From Planktothrix sp. GU0601_MAG3 (GTDB taxonomy: Bacteria > Cyanobacteriota > Cyanobacteriia > Cyanobacteriales > Microcoleaceae): a stretch of DNA of 64,000 nucleotides. The translations under genes and the position numbers were made by a program. Below are positions 61,158 through 64,000 of the stretch, in pieces. The number at the start of each line of letters is the position of its first letter. The stretch's first letter is position 1. The DNA lies in NCBI GenBank assembly GCA_035193785.1, contig CP136572.1, forward strand, positions 2,900,578 through 2,964,577, in the 5' to 3' direction. The notes under the pieces are model-generated. The model saw only the letters and a list, made by a program, of their open reading frames with translations, did no database searches and was not told where the DNA came from.

Positions 61158-62078
61158 TTAATTATCATGGGAGGATTTATGATGAAAACGGATTCCCAAA
61201 AATACATCATAGAGAAAACCCCAAAAGTCTTTTTTTCCCTCCAATATTCCCAAGGTTTGGGGAGAACCTTTTTCATCTAACAGCGGCTTCATAAATTCAT
61301 AGGTGGGCTTGTAATAATACCAAGGAATAGAAGGCCATAAATGATGAATTAGATGGTAATTTTGCCCCAAAATTAACAGATTTAAAACCGAACCCGGATA
61401 CACCCTAGCATTTTTCCAGCGACCGCGTTCTTGAAACGGGCGATGGGGTAAATAATCAAAGAATAAACCCAAAGCTATGCCCACAACCAAAGCCGGACAA
61501 AACCAGAAATTCAGAATATAGCCGAGAAATTCATAATGAATAGAGATCGCAACAATAGTCACTACAAATAAGCGACTCAAAAACCATTCCAACAGTTCAT
61601 ATTTTTTCCAAAGTCGGCGCTTGAAAAAAAACACTTCATGGTAGAAAAAACGTGCCGCAATCAACCACAAGGGGCCACCTGTGGAAACAAAATGATCCGG
61701 ATCATTGTCTGGATCATTAACATGGCAATGATGTTGGATATGCACCCGCGTAAATACGGGAAAGGCGAACCCTAACATCAAGGCACTACCATGTCCTAAT
61801 ACCGAATTCAAAATGCGGTTTTCGTGAGCAGAATTATGGGATGCGTCATGGATCACTGTCCCCGAAAGGTGCAGTGCCAAAACATTAATCAAAAAACAAC
61901 ACCAGTCTGGCCAACCCCAAAGCCAGTATCCCAATGTGGAACAGATCACCATTACTACCGCACCGCAAAACATCAGTAGCGTGGTGTTAAAACCACCCTC
62001 TGCGGTGAGGTATTCCTTGGGGACTGTCAGTGGCTTGCTTGCCTCCGACATTACAGTTTGCACTCCTTGAAGTTTCAC
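61158..62078 (-). CDS. crtR: Beta-carotene hydroxylase
   Basis: His boxes HDASH, HIQHH, HLIHH; FFDYLPHRPF. The start may be ATG 62051. Confidence 0.93.
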   Translation of the reverse strand: MKLQGVQTVMSEASKPLTVPKEYLTAEGGFNTTLLMFCGAVVMVICSTLGYWLWGWPDWCCFLINVLALHLSGTVIHDASHNSAHENRILNSVLGHGSALMLGFAFPVFTRVHIQHHCHVNDPDNDPDHFVSTGGPLWLIAARFFYHEVFFFKRRLWKKYELLEWFLSRLFVVTIVAISIHYEFLGYILNFWFCPALVVGIALGLFFDYLPHRPFQERGRWKNARVYPGSVLNLLILGQNYHLIHHLWPSIPWYYYKPTYEFMKPLLDEKGSPQTLGILEGKKDFWGFLYDVFLGIRFHHKSSHDN

Positions 62079-62187
62079 ACCTGAGTATTTTATGAGAAAA
62101 GTAACAAATTGTAAAGATTTATAAAATCACTAAACCCGAACGTAATTGCCTAAAATACCACAATTTTACCCCCAGGAGAAAATATTT

Positions 62188-62980
62188 ATGTCTAACTTAC
62201 TACTGCGTACATCCTTAGTCGGACTGGTGGGTTTATCCATCACCCTATCACTACTGGCTTCTACCACCCGGGTTAATGCTCAACCTCGATGGCCATCTTT
62301 ACCCAGTTTGACCGACCTGTTGCAACTCCCCCGCAACACCACCCCACCCCAACCGCCCCAAACGGTTCCAGATTCCTCCACCAATCCTACCCAATCCCCA
62401 GCCCCCCAACCCACGGATCAAGGCCCCCTAACTCCGCAAGTGGAAGTGGAAACCGGGGAAACAGAGATTGCTCGGTTTCGATGTGAAGTAATTGGCGGTC
62501 AATATACCGTTATGTATTATCCCGTCAGCCAACCCAATCAAGGCTATGCTTGGGCGGTTTCCGAGTAATATGGGGGGCGGATGGACACCGGAGCGCCGTT
62601 GTACAGAGATTAGTCGCCGTTTAGAGTCCTATCGTCCCGATGGATTAGCAGAAATCAGTACAGCGATTGAGAACGGTTACAATACCCTCTGCGCCACCAC
62701 CGAAGATATTCCCCAATGTCGGATTGTCTTAACCGTGCCCCCGGGGGAAGATCCCCTATTTGTGCGCGATCGCATTTTCCAAAACCTGGTTATTGCTGAT
62801 AGCGGCCAAAGCACCCAAGGTGTTCTGACCCTGATAGATGAAAAAAGTACCGGGGACATAATTCGAGGGGCTTTAGGACGTCCGAGAACTCGTTCTACAG
62901 GTATTCCCCTACGTCAATTCCTCGACCCCACCGATGGCGGCACTGGATTGCGCTTAAACCCCCGTTATTTTCCTAAATAG
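62188..62980 (+). CDS. COP23 domain protein (frameshift at ~62558)
   Basis: Signal peptide, Pro-rich linker, RFxC...GGWTPERRCTEISRRLE...C...C. Confidence 0.78.
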
Positions 62981-62984
62981 ATAA

Positions 62985-63170
62985 GAGGGAGCGGGGGGAG
63001 CAGGGGAGGCAGGGGAGGCAGGGGAGGCAGGGGGAGCAGGGGAAGTATCATTACCCATTACCCATTACCCATTACCCATTACCCATTACCCATTACCCAT
63101 TACCCATTACCCATTACCCATTACCCATTACCCATTACCCATTACCCATTCGTAATTCGTAATTCGTAAT
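62985..63170 (+). repeat. Composite G-rich plus (TACCCAT)n plus (TTCGTAA)n STRR element
   Basis: Same block order as 6545-6866. Confidence 0.92.
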
Positions 63171-63276
63171 TCTTGATCCTGATGTGTCCCTGACGTGGTT
63201 AAATTCTGTTTATGATCTGTAGAGAGACGCGCCATGGCTGGTCTCTACAGATAATTCCCTAGATTTTTATTGAGTC

Positions 63277-64000
63277 ATGCAACCGCAAAATCTACTGCAT
63301 CGAACCAAAATAGTCGCTACAATCGGCCCTGCTACCCAGAAGCCTGAAGTTCTCCGCGCATTGATTTTAGCGGGTGCAACGACTCTGCGCTTGAATTTTT
63401 CCCATAATACCCATGAGGATCATCAACGCAGTATTCGGATGATTCGACAAACCGCCTTTGAACTGAATCAACCCGTAGGGATTTTACAGGATCTCCAAGG
63501 CCCAAAAATCAGATTGGGGAAATTTGAGACGGGTTCAATTGTTCTGAACCGGAATGATCAGTTTATTCTCACCAGTGAAGATGTGGTGGGAACCCAAGAA
63601 ATGTCCTCCGTCACATACCAACCCTTAGCCGATGAAGTTCCTGATGGGGCGGTGATTCTCCTTGATGATGGCAAGGTGGAAATGGTGGTAGAGAAAGTCG
63701 AACCATCAAAAGGACGCCTATATTGTCGGGTGGTTGTGGGCGGGACTCTTTCTAATAGTAAAGGGGTGAATTTTCCCGGGGTTTATCTGTCCATTAAAGC
63801 CATGACCGAAAAAGACCGCCGGGATTTAATGTTTGGTTTAGATCAAGGGGTGGACTGGGTAGCTTTAAGTTTCGTGAGAAATCCCCAGGATGTCTTAGAA
63901 ATTAAAGAATTAATTGCCAGTGCGGGGAAAGATGTTCCCGTAATTGCCAAAATTGAAAAACACGAAGCCATTGAACAAATGGAAGAAATTTTGGCTTTGT
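63277..64000 (+). CDS. pyk: Pyruvate kinase, 5' part (runs off the window; not in the ORF track)
   Basis: Manual translation MQPQNLLHRTKIVATIGPA...LRLNFSH...DLQGPKIR...LSFVR...IAKIEK. Confidence 0.95.
   Translation, partial: MQPQNLLHRTKIVATIGPATQKPEVLRALILAGATTLRLNFSHNTHEDHQRSIRMIRQTAFELNQPVGILQDLQGPKIRLGKFETGSIVLNRNDQFILTSEDVVGTQEMSSVTYQPLADEVPDGAVILLDDGKVEMVVEKVEPSKGRLYCRVVVGGTLSNSKGVNFPGVYLSIKAMTEKDRRDLMFGLDQGVDWVALSFVRNPQDVLEIKELIASAGKDVPVIAKIEKHEAIEQMEEILAL

Larger units (their letters stand above)
4178..62773. repeat. HIP1 octamer GCGATCGC, dispersed
   Basis: Many copies, e.g. 4178, 17341, 28301, 35311, 38041, 45551, 62766; a cyanobacterial hallmark. Confidence 0.9.

Noticed and set aside
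3225..62980. Mass pseudogenisation or programmed frameshifting
   Set aside because: Breaks hit core genes (nadE, lepB, ccmM, ccmK2), share one 4-bp context, also occur in non-coding repeats, and come with no other decay. A systematic sequencing error fits best.

Overview
Chromosomal window from a filamentous beta-cyanobacterium. The Oscillatoriales/Planktothrix-like assignment is inferred from the HIP1 GCGATCGC octamers, heptamer STRR repeats and gene content. Left to right: L,D-transpeptidase; a 6-copy ~112-bp hairpin array and a GxxExxY (PD-(D/E)XK) nuclease gene enclosed by related hairpins; trpD; UPF0182; ndhP; a ~33-kb surface-glycan/RTX locus (wzm/wzt, a ~2100-aa sulfotransferase-coiled coil-GT2-GT2-GT4-methyltransferase, other GTs/MTases, a 664-aa RTX protein, PPIase-HlyB-HlyD type I secretion, rfbC/D/A); a small RTX/CAP/HTH islet; nadE; ccmK2K1LMNO divergent from ndhF4-ndhD4-cupB; an MmeI-like RM gene, a vapBC-like pair and Uma2; lepB, crtR, COP23 and the 5' part of pyk. 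About 30 in-gene frameshifts split otherwise intact genes. Nearly all are extra bases at GAAC/GTTC, so I treat them as sequencing artefacts, merge the fragments, and read the pattern as a possible footprint of DNA modification (Dnd-type phosphorothioation motif). The two strongest leads are the GxxExxY nuclease/hairpin-repeat system, which has dispersed copies that begin at stop codons, and the GAAC/GTTC error signature.
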